Made by a program: the position numbers and the translations under genes
Assembly: GCA_016787625.1 (NCBI GenBank)
Contig: JAEUUD010000001.1
Location: 256 to 64,255, forward strand
Direction: 5' to 3'
From: Cyclobacteriaceae bacterium
GTDB lineage: Bacteria > Bacteroidota > Bacteroidia > Cytophagales > Cyclobacteriaceae
DNA length: 64,000 nucleotides
Notes under the pieces: model-generated
The model's input: the letters and a program-made list of their open reading frames with translations, nothing else
Told to the model about the DNA's origin: nothing
Databases searched by the model: none
Shown here: positions 36,120 through 45,662 of the stretch, piece by piece
How the letters are laid out: the number at the start of each line of letters is the position of its first letter
How positions within the stretch are numbered: position 1 is the first letter of the stretch

Positions 36120-37469
36120 ATGAAGACCATGAAGCACACGAAATATGCCTATATGCTGCTGGGATGCTTTTGCCTGCTCAGCTTTGCTCCCGCCGAGGAG
36201 GTTAAAATCAAGGAATTCTCTGTCGCGGGAATTAAAGTGATTTTTAAACCATCTGTGAAAGAAATTGTCAGCGCACGGTTTTTCATTCGCGGCGGCACAG
36301 CCAATTACGCCAAGGAGAAAGAAGGTGTTGAATCGCTGGCCCTTGCTGTGGCAACGGAAGGCGGAACAAAAAAACTGTCCATGACAGACTTTGCAACCGC
36401 CCAGGAGCGCATTGGAACGGAGATAGGATTTTCCAGCAGCTACGACTATAGCCAGATCAGCGTCTCCTGTGTCGCCGGCTATTGGAATGAGTCCTGGAAT
36501 CTGTTTGCCGATGTCATCACGCAACCACGCCTGGATCAGCAGGGATTTGATCTCATCAAGGGAAAAGTGATTGCCGGTGCAAAGGAAGAAGAAGCTGACC
36601 CTGATCACTATGTCGAAGACAAGAGTATGGAAGTGAGTTACGCTGGAAGGAACTATGCCAAAATTCCCGGCGGTTCGGCCAGCAGTCTTGAGAAGATAAC
36701 GCTGGAAGATGTTAAGGCCCAGATCGCCAAAGTCATCAGCAAGAGCAACTGCTTTATTGTTGTCGTCGGTAATGTCACGGAGGCCGATATCACGGCCAAG
36801 ATCAACGCAACCATGTCCTCGTTGTCCGTTGGGCAGGCGGCAAAGGTGGAACCTCGTACGGAGATACAGGCCGGCGTGACCATCGAGAACAGGGACATCG
36901 CAACGAACTACATCCGCGGTACGATGTCTGTGCCTGCACTCGCAGAAACCGACGCCGTTCCCATGCGCGTGGCCATGTCGATCATGTACGACAAGTTCTT
37001 CCTTGAGCTTCGCACCAAGCGAAGCCTGACATATGCGCCGTCCGCATACTTCAACAGCAGCATTGTTCACAACCCGCAAGCGGTCTTCTATGCATCGTCA
37101 ACCAAACCCAAGGAGGCCTTGCAAGTGATGATTGATCAGATCAACGATGTCAAGAACAATGGGTTCAAGGAAAAGGAATTAAAAGATAAGAAGGAGGAAT
37201 TCCTCACCAACCACTATTCACGACTGGAAACCAACGGCGCGCAAAGCCTTGCGATCGGAGTAAACGAAGTGGGTGGCAGTTGGAAAGGGTTCGAGAATTT
37301 CATGACCGCTGTGGAAAAGGTGAGCGTGGATGACATGAACAAGGCATTCAGGAAATATTCCAATTCCATCAACTGGATGTACCTGGGCAAAGAGTCCGAT
37401 GTCACGAAGGAGGATTTCAAGCAACCGCAGATGCTTCCCAACGCGGGCAAAGTGGAAATCAAAAAGTAG
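36120..37469 (+). CDS. M16 family peptidase, non-catalytic partner subunit
   Basis: M16 features without HxxEH; ELRTKRSLTY (R/Y pair); adjacent to the catalytic subunit. Confidence 0.85.
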   Translation: MKTMKHTKYAYMLLGCFCLLSFAPAEEVKIKEFSVAGIKVIFKPSVKEIVSARFFIRGGTANYAKEKEGVESLALAVATEGGTKKLSMTDFATAQERIGTEIGFSSSYDYSQISVSCVAGYWNESWNLFADVITQPRLDQQGFDLIKGKVIAGAKEEEADPDHYVEDKSMEVSYAGRNYAKIPGGSASSLEKITLEDVKAQIAKVISKSNCFIVVVGNVTEADITAKINATMSSLSVGQAAKVEPRTEIQAGVTIENRDIATNYIRGTMSVPALAETDAVPMRVAMSIMYDKFFLELRTKRSLTYAPSAYFNSSIVHNPQAVFYASSTKPKEALQVMIDQINDVKNNGFKEKELKDKKEEFLTNHYSRLETNGAQSLAIGVNEVGGSWKGFENFMTAVEKVSVDDMNKAFRKYSNSINWMYLGKESDVTKEDFKQPQMLPNAGKVEIKK

Positions 37470-37481
37470 GGCCCGTCAGGT

Positions 37482-38270
37482 ATGAGTGATTTGCCGGCAC
37501 AGCTTTACTCCCATCGATCGATCGGGATCGCGACTTTTTTGGGCTCGCCTGCAGCCGGAGCCATACTGATCAGGCAGAACTTTATTTACTTGGGCAAGGA
37601 GAAGGCAGGTATGTATTCCCTGGTGCTCGGGATCGCCGTCACGCTGGGCATGTTCATTCTCCTTTTTATGCTCCCTGACGAAATCTCGTCGAAGATTCCC
37701 AACATGGCGCTTCCGGCGCTCTATACCGGGCTCACGTACGCGCTGGTGGAGAAATTCCAGGGCAAGGAAATCAAGGCACACAAGGAGCAGAACGGAAAGT
37801 TCCATTCAGCCTGGCGTGCTGCCGGCATCGGGTTCGCGTGCATGGTCGTCATCTTTGCCGCAATTTTCTGTTTTGTTCTCTACCAACAGCCATCATTTGA
37901 CGCTGAGCTATACGACAAGAGGGCCGCTCAACTCAGCCAGAATGAAGCACAAGCACTGCAGCTGTTCCAAATTGATCCTACCCTTGGAACCGATAAGTTT
38001 GTTGAGTTTGTCCGTAATCAGGGAATTCCCAACTGGGAGAAGAACCTGGAGTTGCTAAAGGAGCTTGACGTGACCCCTGGCCTGCCGGATGCTTTGAAGA
38101 CGCGACATGAGTTGCTCAACCAATACTATCAACTGAGAATCCAGAGTTACCGGATGATTGAAAAGGCTGCTACAGAGCAAACAAACAGTTATGCGGAAGA
38201 CATTGGCAAACTCAATGCCCTTATCGAAGAACAACTGAACCTGATCAACGATGATGCAAGTAAACCGTGA
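37482..38270 (+). CDS. Hypothetical membrane protein
   Basis: About four N-terminal TMs and a helical C-terminal domain. Confidence 0.75.
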   Translation: MSDLPAQLYSHRSIGIATFLGSPAAGAILIRQNFIYLGKEKAGMYSLVLGIAVTLGMFILLFMLPDEISSKIPNMALPALYTGLTYALVEKFQGKEIKAHKEQNGKFHSAWRAAGIGFACMVVIFAAIFCFVLYQQPSFDAELYDKRAAQLSQNEAQALQLFQIDPTLGTDKFVEFVRNQGIPNWEKNLELLKELDVTPGLPDALKTRHELLNQYYQLRIQSYRMIEKAATEQTNSYAEDIGKLNALIEEQLNLINDDASKP

Positions 38271-38308
38271 GGGTGAAGCATCAGGCTCAATCATAAACGC
38301 CATTTTGC

Positions 38309-38316
38309 TAATTTTG
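38309..38316 (+). promoter_or_regulatory. -7 promoter element (TAATTTTG)
   Basis: Exact TAnnTTTG just upstream of the 38322 ORF. Confidence 0.55.
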
Positions 38317-38321
38317 CACGC

Positions 38322-38663
38322 ATGACAAGTGTGAATTCACATAGAGCAAAACGGGTCAAGTCAATGTCGACGGGCATTATCCTGGTTTTGCTGGTATGGA
38401 TTTTTACACCTGCCTACAGTGCCGACGTTTCAAGTCTGGCCTATCGCCAGGGAAAACAGGCGACTGAACAATTTGTCCTCCAGTTGGATGTCGTCAAGTC
38501 AGGTTCGACCGATCCGACAGGCAAACAGGTTCAGGTTTTTTTCAAAGGCACGGAGTTCTTTGTGCTTGTTCAAACAATATCCGATGTTGCCGTCAGGCAG
38601 CATCAGGCCAGCGCGTTCGAACGCAATCCATTCTACGCGCACACAACCATCAACGCGCCCTAG
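38322..38663 (+). CDS. Small exported hypothetical protein ending FERNPFYAHTTINAP; candidate regulatory leader ORF (start may be 38364)
   Basis: Signal-like hydrophobic N-terminus; first ORF after the promoter, upstream of the antiporter. Confidence 0.65.
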   Translation: MTSVNSHRAKRVKSMSTGIILVLLVWIFTPAYSADVSSLAYRQGKQATEQFVLQLDVVKSGSTDPTGKQVQVFFKGTEFFVLVQTISDVAVRQHQASAFERNPFYAHTTINAP

Positions 38664-38691
38664 TCAATCATCTGTTTCGTGTTCTCATTCT

Positions 38692-38716
38692 CTGTGGCAA
38701 AACCGTTTTGTCATAG
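38692..38716 (+). promoter_or_regulatory. RNA hairpin between the leader ORF and the small membrane peptide
   Basis: CTGTGGCAAAA-ccg-TTTTGTCATAG, an 11-bp stem with two G-U pairs. Confidence 0.5.
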
Positions 38717-38743
38717 CTTATAATCATTTCTAATTTCTTAAAC

Positions 38744-38836
38744 ATGAAAACGATCATTGAACTCATCAAGCGGCTTTGGTTTGTCTACCTCATGGCTGCA
38801 TTTGTCATTATACTGCTGGTAATGTCAGCGATATAG
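38744..38836 (+). CDS. Uncalled 30-aa single-TM peptide MKTIIELIKRLWFVYLMAAFVIILLVMSAI
   Basis: ATG 38744 after an AT-rich initiation region (ttcttaaac), TAG 38836; basic N-terminus plus about 20 hydrophobic residues; ends 15 bp before the antiporter. Confidence 0.6.
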   Translation: MKTIIELIKRLWFVYLMAAFVIILLVMSAI

Positions 38837-38851
38837 CCCTATATTCACACC

Positions 38852-40324
38852 ATGACCCTGTCGGCAGAGAACATCTTACTTTTAGGATCGATCTTGCTCT
38901 TCGTCAGCATTGTGGCGAGCAAGACGTCCTTCAAGTTTGGCATACCCACATTGATACTATTTCTTGTCGTGGGTATGCTTGCCGGCTCGGAGGGCCCAGG
39001 GGGAATCTATTTTGATGACCCCGGCACTTCGCAATTCATGGGTGTGGTCGCCCTCACATTGATCCTCTTCTCTGGCGGCCTGGATACAAAAATAGAAGCC
39101 ATCAGGCCCGTGCTCAGAAACGGCATAGCACTCTCTACCATCGGCGTATTCATCACGGCCATCCTTGTGGGTTTATTCACATCGTGGGTGATGGGCTATA
39201 CGATCGCTGAAGGCATGCTGCTGGGAGCTATCGTCTCTTCCACCGACGCTGCAGCGGTGTTTTCTATTCTTCGTACAAGAAATGTGGGGCTCAAAGGTAC
39301 ACTCAGGCCCCTGCTTGAGTTTGAAAGCGGCAGCAATGATGCCATGGCCTATTTCCTCACCATCAGCTTCATCGAAATTGTCAATCACCCGGAGACTTCC
39401 ATCCTGCTCATGGTGCCAAAATTCATCAAGGGAATGGTGCTTGGCGCCATGTGCGGCTATGGCTCTGGCAAACTGATGATCCTTATCGTTAACAGGATCA
39501 AACTGGATGTTGACGGTCTTTATCCGGTACTTGTTCTTTCCCTGGTATTCTTCACATACTCCTTTACAGATTTTATCGGGGGCAACGGGTTTCTTGCTGT
39601 GTACGCGGCGGCGATGCTCCTGGGCAGCAGCAACATCATTCATAAGAAAAGTCTCATCAAGTTTTTCGACGGCCAGGCGTGGCTCATGCAGATTCTCATG
39701 TTCCTTACCCTGGGCCTGCTGGTCTTTCCTTCCCAGATCGTACCCATCATCGGTCACGGCATCGTCATCTCCGTCTTCCTCATGCTTGTCGCCCGCCCCA
39801 TCTCCGTCTTTATCTCATTGTCAAGGGCTACAGATCTCAATTTCAGAAAGAGGCTGTTCGTATCGTGGGTTGGACTTCGCGGGGCTGCACCTATTGTGTT
39901 TGCTACCTATCCCCTGCTTGCCGGAGTGCACTACGCCAACACGATTTTTAACCTTGTCTTCTTTATCTCCGTTTCTTCCGTTGTCTTGCAGGGGGCTACC
40001 TTATCCCTGGTGGCCAAATGGCTCCATGTCGGCGTTCCAGAAAAGGTAAAGCGCAAATTCCCGCTCGACCTTGAATTAAAAGAGAACTCGAAGTCAGAAT
40101 TGATGGAGGTAGACCTGTTGGAAAATTCACCAGTCGTCGGAAGGCCGATTGTCCAACTCAACCTTCCCAAATCGGCATTGATTGTACTTATTCATCGAGG
40201 GAAAAAGTACATCCACCCCAGCGGTGACACCATCATGGAAGCCGGCGATCACCTGCTTGTGCTTTCTGACAACAAGGAAGCCGTGGAATCGGTCTACAGT
40301 ACTTTCGGCATCAAACCGGAATAA
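38852..40324 (+). CDS. cvrA: Potassium/proton antiporter CvrA/NhaP2 with C-terminal TrkA-C (RCK_C) domain
   Basis: GMLAGSEG, SSTDAAAVFS, LEFESGSND, SWVGLRGA; RCK_C tail. Confidence 0.92.
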   Translation: MTLSAENILLLGSILLFVSIVASKTSFKFGIPTLILFLVVGMLAGSEGPGGIYFDDPGTSQFMGVVALTLILFSGGLDTKIEAIRPVLRNGIALSTIGVFITAILVGLFTSWVMGYTIAEGMLLGAIVSSTDAAAVFSILRTRNVGLKGTLRPLLEFESGSNDAMAYFLTISFIEIVNHPETSILLMVPKFIKGMVLGAMCGYGSGKLMILIVNRIKLDVDGLYPVLVLSLVFFTYSFTDFIGGNGFLAVYAAAMLLGSSNIIHKKSLIKFFDGQAWLMQILMFLTLGLLVFPSQIVPIIGHGIVISVFLMLVARPISVFISLSRATDLNFRKRLFVSWVGLRGAAPIVFATYPLLAGVHYANTIFNLVFFISVSSVVLQGATLSLVAKWLHVGVPEKVKRKFPLDLELKENSKSELMEVDLLENSPVVGRPIVQLNLPKSALIVLIHRGKKYIHPSGDTIMEAGDHLLVLSDNKEAVESVYSTFGIKPE

Positions 40325-40327
40325 TCA

Positions 40328-40576
40328 TCAGCCGGCTTTCCGGGCAAAGTATCGGATCAGCGCAGGAACGGCAATGATCACCCACACCACATTGATAAAT
40401 GTATTGGCAAAGGCTCCATGAAATGCGGAGTAAATGATCAACAACACACCGCCCGTGAAATTCAGGGCCAGGAAGGCCAAAGAGTCTGAAGCAAGCTTCT
40501 GGTAGCTGTTGAGTCCGTAGGCAGCAATCACCAGGACTGAACCTACCCATCCCATAATATCAATCATTAACTGCAT
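40328..40576 (-). CDS. Small membrane protein, CBU_0592-like
   Basis: 82 aa, three TMs, DIMGWVGSVLVIAAY. Confidence 0.75.
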   Translation of the reverse strand: MQLMIDIMGWVGSVLVIAAYGLNSYQKLASDSLAFLALNFTGGVLLIIYSAFHGAFANTFINVVWVIIAVPALIRYFARKAG

Positions 40577-40598
40577 AATCCCTTGGTCATGATGTCAA

Positions 40599-43500
40599 TT
40601 ACTTCGTCCCGATCAATTTCTTCCATGCAGCATCCAGCTCAACGGCGCGCTGGTTCAGTTTCTTCACACCATCGGTGGCCGCTTGAGTTGGCGCCGCATC
40701 AGCACTTTGAAGTACAGCAAGCATGAACAATAACTTATGTTGAAGCCCAACCATGGTTTCTTTATCCAATGACGACTCTGTAATGCTTCCATAAAGGAAG
40801 TCTCCTCCATCAGGGTCTCCTGTACCCCTCAATGCCACCAAAGCCTCCCGTTGACCTTTCTTCCACTTCTTTGCCTTGTCATTGACCATCACATCAAGTT
40901 CTTCTCTGATTAACTGAAGCCTGTTGTAATGATCATACACCTGCATAGAGAGATCCGATTGTTTGCGGATCGCTGCCTCATCTGCTGTCACCCTTGGATC
41001 AATCCTGACATCCATGCTCCTCGACTGCACCTTGTCATCGGCAGTCAACCGGACGGTGTACTTACCCGGATGTACATATGGACCTACAGGGCCGCTGGGT
41101 GTATTGCCCAAAACAGCTGCTATCGCAAAGCCCCTGTCTGCTCCGCGGGGGTCTTCATGTCTAAGGTCCCAGTAGAACCTGTGATGTCCCGGCAGTATTT
41201 GCACGCCTTTGTTTTTCCTTATCCAATATGTTGGATGGCCAATCCTGGTGGAGTCAAGTCTCTCAAGCAGGTCTCTGCTGGTATAGGTGCGTACGGCTTT
41301 CCCGGATGGGTCCAGAATTTCCAGCTTCACTTCCTTGGCGCCCTCCCGCAGATAATAATCGATGGCCACACCTTCAGGTGGGTTTTGTCCTGTGGGTTCC
41401 TCAGGCGGCAATGGCGTATCCAGAAACATGTTGAACCTCACCCGTGTCGCGAGTGAAGGAGAAAACAAATAGGGATCAGGTGAGCGCAGCGCTTCCGCTA
41501 CTTCCCTCAAAGGCCCGATACCATCGAGGATCCATATTGACCTTCCATGGGTACCAATAACGAGATCATCATCCTGCAAGACGATGTCGCGAATGGATGT
41601 CGCCGGCATGTTCCTACGCAGGGATTGCCAGTTGGCTCCGTCATCTACGGAGAAACAGACTTCACGCTCGGTACCGGCAAACAACAACCCGCGCTGCTTT
41701 TTGTCTTCCCTTACTGCATTGACAGGTCCTGATGGCGGGAGGCCATTGACAATCTTGGTCCATGTCACACCACTGTCGTGTGTCTTGAAAATATGAGGCT
41801 TCATGTCATCCTTGCGCATCGCTGTCACGGAGATATAAGCGGTACGTGCATCGAAATGTCCCGCATCGATCTGAGAGATTTTGTCCCATGATGAAAGTCC
41901 TGGAGGCGTCACGTCTTTCCAACTTTGGCCTCCATCGGTTGTCAACTGAACCAGTCCATCGTCCGTGCCTGCCCAGATGACCTTTTGATTCATTGGTGAT
42001 GGCGCCACAGAATAAATAACAGCTCTCCTTGGCATTGTCTTCATGGCTTCGGTCTTGTAGTCTCCAACAATGGCTGGAATTTCCGGCTGAGCCCTGGTAA
42101 GGTCAGGGCTGATGATTTCCCATGACTGGCCGCCGGTGGTCGTACTCCAAAGCACATTGGTGGCAAAGAGCAATTGATCAGGGTTGGCGGGGTGAAACAT
42201 CAATGGAAGCGTGCGTAGCATTCTGTACTTGCCAGACCGCAGCGCCTCGGGAGCAACATTTTGAGTTTGGCCGGTTTTCTTGTTGAACTTCACCACGCGG
42301 CCGCCGTAGACGATGTCTGGATTTTTTGGATCGGGAGCAACGTAGGCATATTCGTCAGCGCCAACACCCATCCAGTCGCGAAAGGAAATCTGACCACCGG
42401 GTCCACGACTTGAAACAGCAATCGCCCCGCTCTCCTGCTGACCGCCATAAACGGTATAAGGAAATTGATTGTCGGTGGACACATGATAGAGCTGCGCCGT
42501 CGGTTGGTTATACCATGAGCTCCACGTTCTGCCTCCATTCACAGTGATCGTGGCGCCCTGGTCGGCAGCAAACAACATGATATCGGGCTGGCTGGGGTTG
42601 ATCCATATCCTGTGATAATCATCTCCCCCCGGGGCGCCCTTGATCGACTTCCAGGTTTTTCCGGCGTCCATGGACTTGTACGCAGCAACGTTGGCAACAT
42701 AAAGCAGGTCAGGATAATTGGGGTGAACTCGGATTTCAGCGAAGTCACTGCCACGGCCCCAAAGCCGGCGGTCGTCGGTGACTTTCAGCCAGCTTTCGCC
42801 GTTGTCGTCACTCCTGTATATGCCGCCATTCTCGCGAGCATCTACCGTAGCATACATCCTGCTGGAGTGAACATGCGAGATCCCAACGCCAATCCTGCCT
42901 AAGCCCTGGGCTGCTCCCGGCAAGCCCCGTTCAATCTTCTTCCAGGTTGTCCCGCCATCTGTAGACTTGTACATCCCGCTGTTGGTACCGGAGAAAGAAC
43001 CATTCTCCCATGGGCCCTCCTGATGTTCCCACATATTGGCAAAAAGGATAAAGGGCGACTGAGGATCCATCTCCACTTGCACACATCCTGTGCGGTTGTT
43101 GATGTACAGCACCTTCTCCCAGGACTTTCCTCCATCCTTGGAACGAAAAACTCCCCGCATCTCATTGGTACCATATGGGTGGCCGAGGGCCGCAACAAAT
43201 ACAATTTCGGGATTGGTCGGGTGAACGATCACGCGCGCAATCTGCTGAACATCATCCAGTCCGATATGTGTCCATGTTTTTCCTCCATCAGTGGATTTGA
43301 ACATGCCATCACCAACGGATAAATCCGGTCGATGCAATCCCTCGCCGGTTCCCACATAAAGTGTATTGGGATGAGAGTTGGAAATCCCTATGTCGCCAAT
43401 AGACCCTGTTGACTCATGATCGAAGATGGGCCTCCAGGTGCGGCCATAGTCATCGGTCTTCCAGACGCCACCATTGTTGACACCTATGTAGAAAACGTTG

Positions 43501-43661
43501 GGTTGGTTGGCGACTCCAACTGCACCGACCGTGCGGCCAGCGCGAAACGGACCAATCATCCGATGGTTCAGGTCCTGGAAGGCTGATTCCGGCACTGCCT
43601 GCGCAAACGCAGCCATTGAACATACGGCCATCAGAAAGAGCAATGAGAGTCTTTTGATCAT
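40599..43661 (-). CDS. Secreted VPS10/BNR-repeat beta-propeller protein (glycosyl hydrolase-like)
   Basis: Many Asp-box repeats (KTDDYGRTW, KSTDGGKTW, RSDDNGESW), signal peptide. Confidence 0.9.
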   Translation of the reverse strand: MIKRLSLLFLMAVCSMAAFAQAVPESAFQDLNHRMIGPFRAGRTVGAVGVANQPNVFYIGVNNGGVWKTDDYGRTWRPIFDHESTGSIGDIGISNSHPNTLYVGTGEGLHRPDLSVGDGMFKSTDGGKTWTHIGLDDVQQIARVIVHPTNPEIVFVAALGHPYGTNEMRGVFRSKDGGKSWEKVLYINNRTGCVQVEMDPQSPFILFANMWEHQEGPWENGSFSGTNSGMYKSTDGGTTWKKIERGLPGAAQGLGRIGVGISHVHSSRMYATVDARENGGIYRSDDNGESWLKVTDDRRLWGRGSDFAEIRVHPNYPDLLYVANVAAYKSMDAGKTWKSIKGAPGGDDYHRIWINPSQPDIMLFAADQGATITVNGGRTWSSWYNQPTAQLYHVSTDNQFPYTVYGGQQESGAIAVSSRGPGGQISFRDWMGVGADEYAYVAPDPKNPDIVYGGRVVKFNKKTGQTQNVAPEALRSGKYRMLRTLPLMFHPANPDQLLFATNVLWSTTTGGQSWEIISPDLTRAQPEIPAIVGDYKTEAMKTMPRRAVIYSVAPSPMNQKVIWAGTDDGLVQLTTDGGQSWKDVTPPGLSSWDKISQIDAGHFDARTAYISVTAMRKDDMKPHIFKTHDSGVTWTKIVNGLPPSGPVNAVREDKKQRGLLFAGTEREVCFSVDDGANWQSLRRNMPATSIRDIVLQDDDLVIGTHGRSIWILDGIGPLREVAEALRSPDPYLFSPSLATRVRFNMFLDTPLPPEEPTGQNPPEGVAIDYYLREGAKEVKLEILDPSGKAVRTYTSRDLLERLDSTRIGHPTYWIRKNKGVQILPGHHRFYWDLRHEDPRGADRGFAIAAVLGNTPSGPVGPYVHPGKYTVRLTADDKVQSRSMDVRIDPRVTADEAAIRKQSDLSMQVYDHYNRLQLIREELDVMVNDKAKKWKKGQREALVALRGTGDPDGGDFLYGSITESSLDKETMVGLQHKLLFMLAVLQSADAAPTQAATDGVKKLNQRAVELDAAWKKLIGTK

Positions 43662-43732
43662 GTAGTCTCGGTTTATTGACTTGCCACAAAGTAAAATAAA
43701 ATCGATGAGGCATCAAGGATGGTGAATGACAT

Positions 43733-44419
43733 CTAACCTCTTCCAAGTTTCTCCATCTTGCCCCACAACATGTTGAATTCATCAACGTATGCTTTGATGA
43801 TGCCTGCTTCGCGGGTGAGGAGAATATTTTCGTGATTGAACTTGGCGGCACTCAGCGTCCAGTTATAACTGCCGGTGATCACCTGACTATCGTCGACCAC
43901 CATGAACTTGTGGTGCATGTGATTGGAGGTGCGGTCAACCCTGACAGCTACTCCTTCATGCGCCAGGCGGTCAATGTCTGATCCGACGTCCTCAGACTTG
44001 TCATTGTCAGTGATGATCTTGATCGGAACACCTTTTTTGTGTGCCACAAGGATGGCACTGGTGATTGCATCATCGCTGATGGTGAATACACAGATATCGA
44101 TCCGTCGTTGTGAGCCACCGATGGCCTGAATGATGGCCTTTCTGCAATCATCACCAGGACTGAAGAATGCCTCGGAATGTGGTTGTGAAGAAGTTGGAAG
44201 CAGCGCATTGAGAGCATTCTTCATCCATGCCAGGATAAACGCATAGTTGGAGGGTGTGGCCCTGCCCTCGGCAAGTTCGTATACTTTACTCCTAAGAAAG
44301 TGAAGCTGATCACTGTCAAGGTTGTGTTCAGCGATCAGCGTCTTGAGGTCTTTCTTCTCCGATTTTGAGAATACTTCATCCTGAATGGATGCCTGCAAAT
44401 GATCGATGATCTCATTCAT
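43733..44419 (-). CDS. Phospholipase D-like (single HKD) domain protein
   Basis: FFSPGDDC, HHKFMVVD...TGSYNWT, NHEN; start ATG 44419. Confidence 0.88.
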   Translation of the reverse strand: MNEIIDHLQASIQDEVFSKSEKKDLKTLIAEHNLDSDQLHFLRSKVYELAEGRATPSNYAFILAWMKNALNALLPTSSQPHSEAFFSPGDDCRKAIIQAIGGSQRRIDICVFTISDDAITSAILVAHKKGVPIKIITDNDKSEDVGSDIDRLAHEGVAVRVDRTSNHMHHKFMVVDDSQVITGSYNWTLSAAKFNHENILLTREAGIIKAYVDEFNMLWGKMEKLGRG

Positions 44420-44423
44420 CGTT

Positions 44424-45653
44424 CTACTTTTGAAACACCGGCTGAGTCCATGCCATCTCAACATCCTTATCCTGGAATGGGTTGGGCTTCAATTTTGATG
44501 ATGTTACCCTTCCACGGACAAACAAGTAATCATTGTTAAACGAAAAGGAAGCCTGAGCGCCTTTAATGGATTGAAGAACCTTGGCCTCCTTATCTGCTTT
44601 CCTCGCACCGATGAACTCGATGGTGTATGTCACACCTTCTTCCTGTTTTACTTTCAATTCCAGGCTCTTTGAAGCTGGTGTTGCTTTCACGCTGATGGAT
44701 TCCAGGGTTACACCTGTCGAAGCATAGAAGTCTCCCGACTCAAGCGCTGCAATCAATGATGCCGGTGTCAGCGCATCGGCATACACCATCACCCAACCGC
44801 GGCCAGCGTTGCTGTAGGTGCTTCCAAATTGATGATAGTTATGGCTGTCATCGGTGGCAAGACCATACATCAGTGTCTGACCCCTGTTTCTATATGCGAT
44901 GTTGATCTTATCCCACATGACCTCCGTACCTGGATGGAGTGAATCTCCATAATTGTTCACCAGCGGATGACCGTTATACACTTCAAAAAACTGCTCCCCC
45001 CGCAGATCAATGAGATCCTGTAAGGTGATGCTGTAAAAGAAGTTGGGATGATTAATGTGGGGGAACATGGGAATACCTGTCGCTTTTCGCTGGGCCAGGA
45101 CTGCGTCCACAGATTTCTGCATAATCTCGGCGACGGTTGATCCTGTCTGCCTTCCGATGACCGTCTGAACGTTCGTGGCATTGACATGAATATGCATCTC
45201 GCCAAGTTTTGATGTTATTTCCTCCGATTTAAGAATGAGGAAAGACCGATCCTCAAACAATGGCCTGTACTCCTCCAGTGTCTTTAGCTGAGCACTGACC
45301 CGCCCGCTGTCCTTCTTATATTTCACCCAGGTGGCTCCATATTTATTGAGATAATTGGCAAAGGCCTCTTCGTACAAATTGCTCCGCGTAATCTTTACCC
45401 ACTTCTCTACTGCTGCCAGTATGTTGTGGTCTGAAAGGCCGACAAACTGATAGCCATGACTTTTGTACCAATCCATGATCATTTCCGGAAACTCATCGCC
45501 ATCACTCCAGTAAGAATGGGTATGAAGATTTCCCTTATACCACGCCTTGGCTGTTTGCCCGTCTGCAATGAAGGATATCGGGTAAAGGAGGACGACAATA
45601 ATGAAAGATTTTAACATGCGCATTAGACCTTGGGTGTATATACGGTTAGTCAT
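44424..45653 (-). CDS. Secreted PHP-domain metallo-phosphoesterase
   Basis: WYKGNLHTHSYWSDG, LSDHN, INHPNF, DDSH. Confidence 0.85.
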   Translation of the reverse strand: MTNRIYTQGLMRMLKSFIIVVLLYPISFIADGQTAKAWYKGNLHTHSYWSDGDEFPEMIMDWYKSHGYQFVGLSDHNILAAVEKWVKITRSNLYEEAFANYLNKYGATWVKYKKDSGRVSAQLKTLEEYRPLFEDRSFLILKSEEITSKLGEMHIHVNATNVQTVIGRQTGSTVAEIMQKSVDAVLAQRKATGIPMFPHINHPNFFYSITLQDLIDLRGEQFFEVYNGHPLVNNYGDSLHPGTEVMWDKINIAYRNRGQTLMYGLATDDSHNYHQFGSTYSNAGRGWVMVYADALTPASLIAALESGDFYASTGVTLESISVKATPASKSLELKVKQEEGVTYTIEFIGARKADKEAKVLQSIKGAQASFSFNNDYLFVRGRVTSSKLKPNPFQDKDVEMAWTQPVFQK

Positions 45654-45662
45654 CTCAATTGG

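Noticed and set aside
36057-37079. 340-aa minus-strand ORF
   Set aside because: Lies antisense to the well-supported M16 peptidase genes and has no recognisable motifs.
43733-44419. PLD/HKD protein as an anti-phage defence system
   Set aside because: No helicase, methylase, ATPase or other defence genes nearby; it sits in a metabolic gene run.
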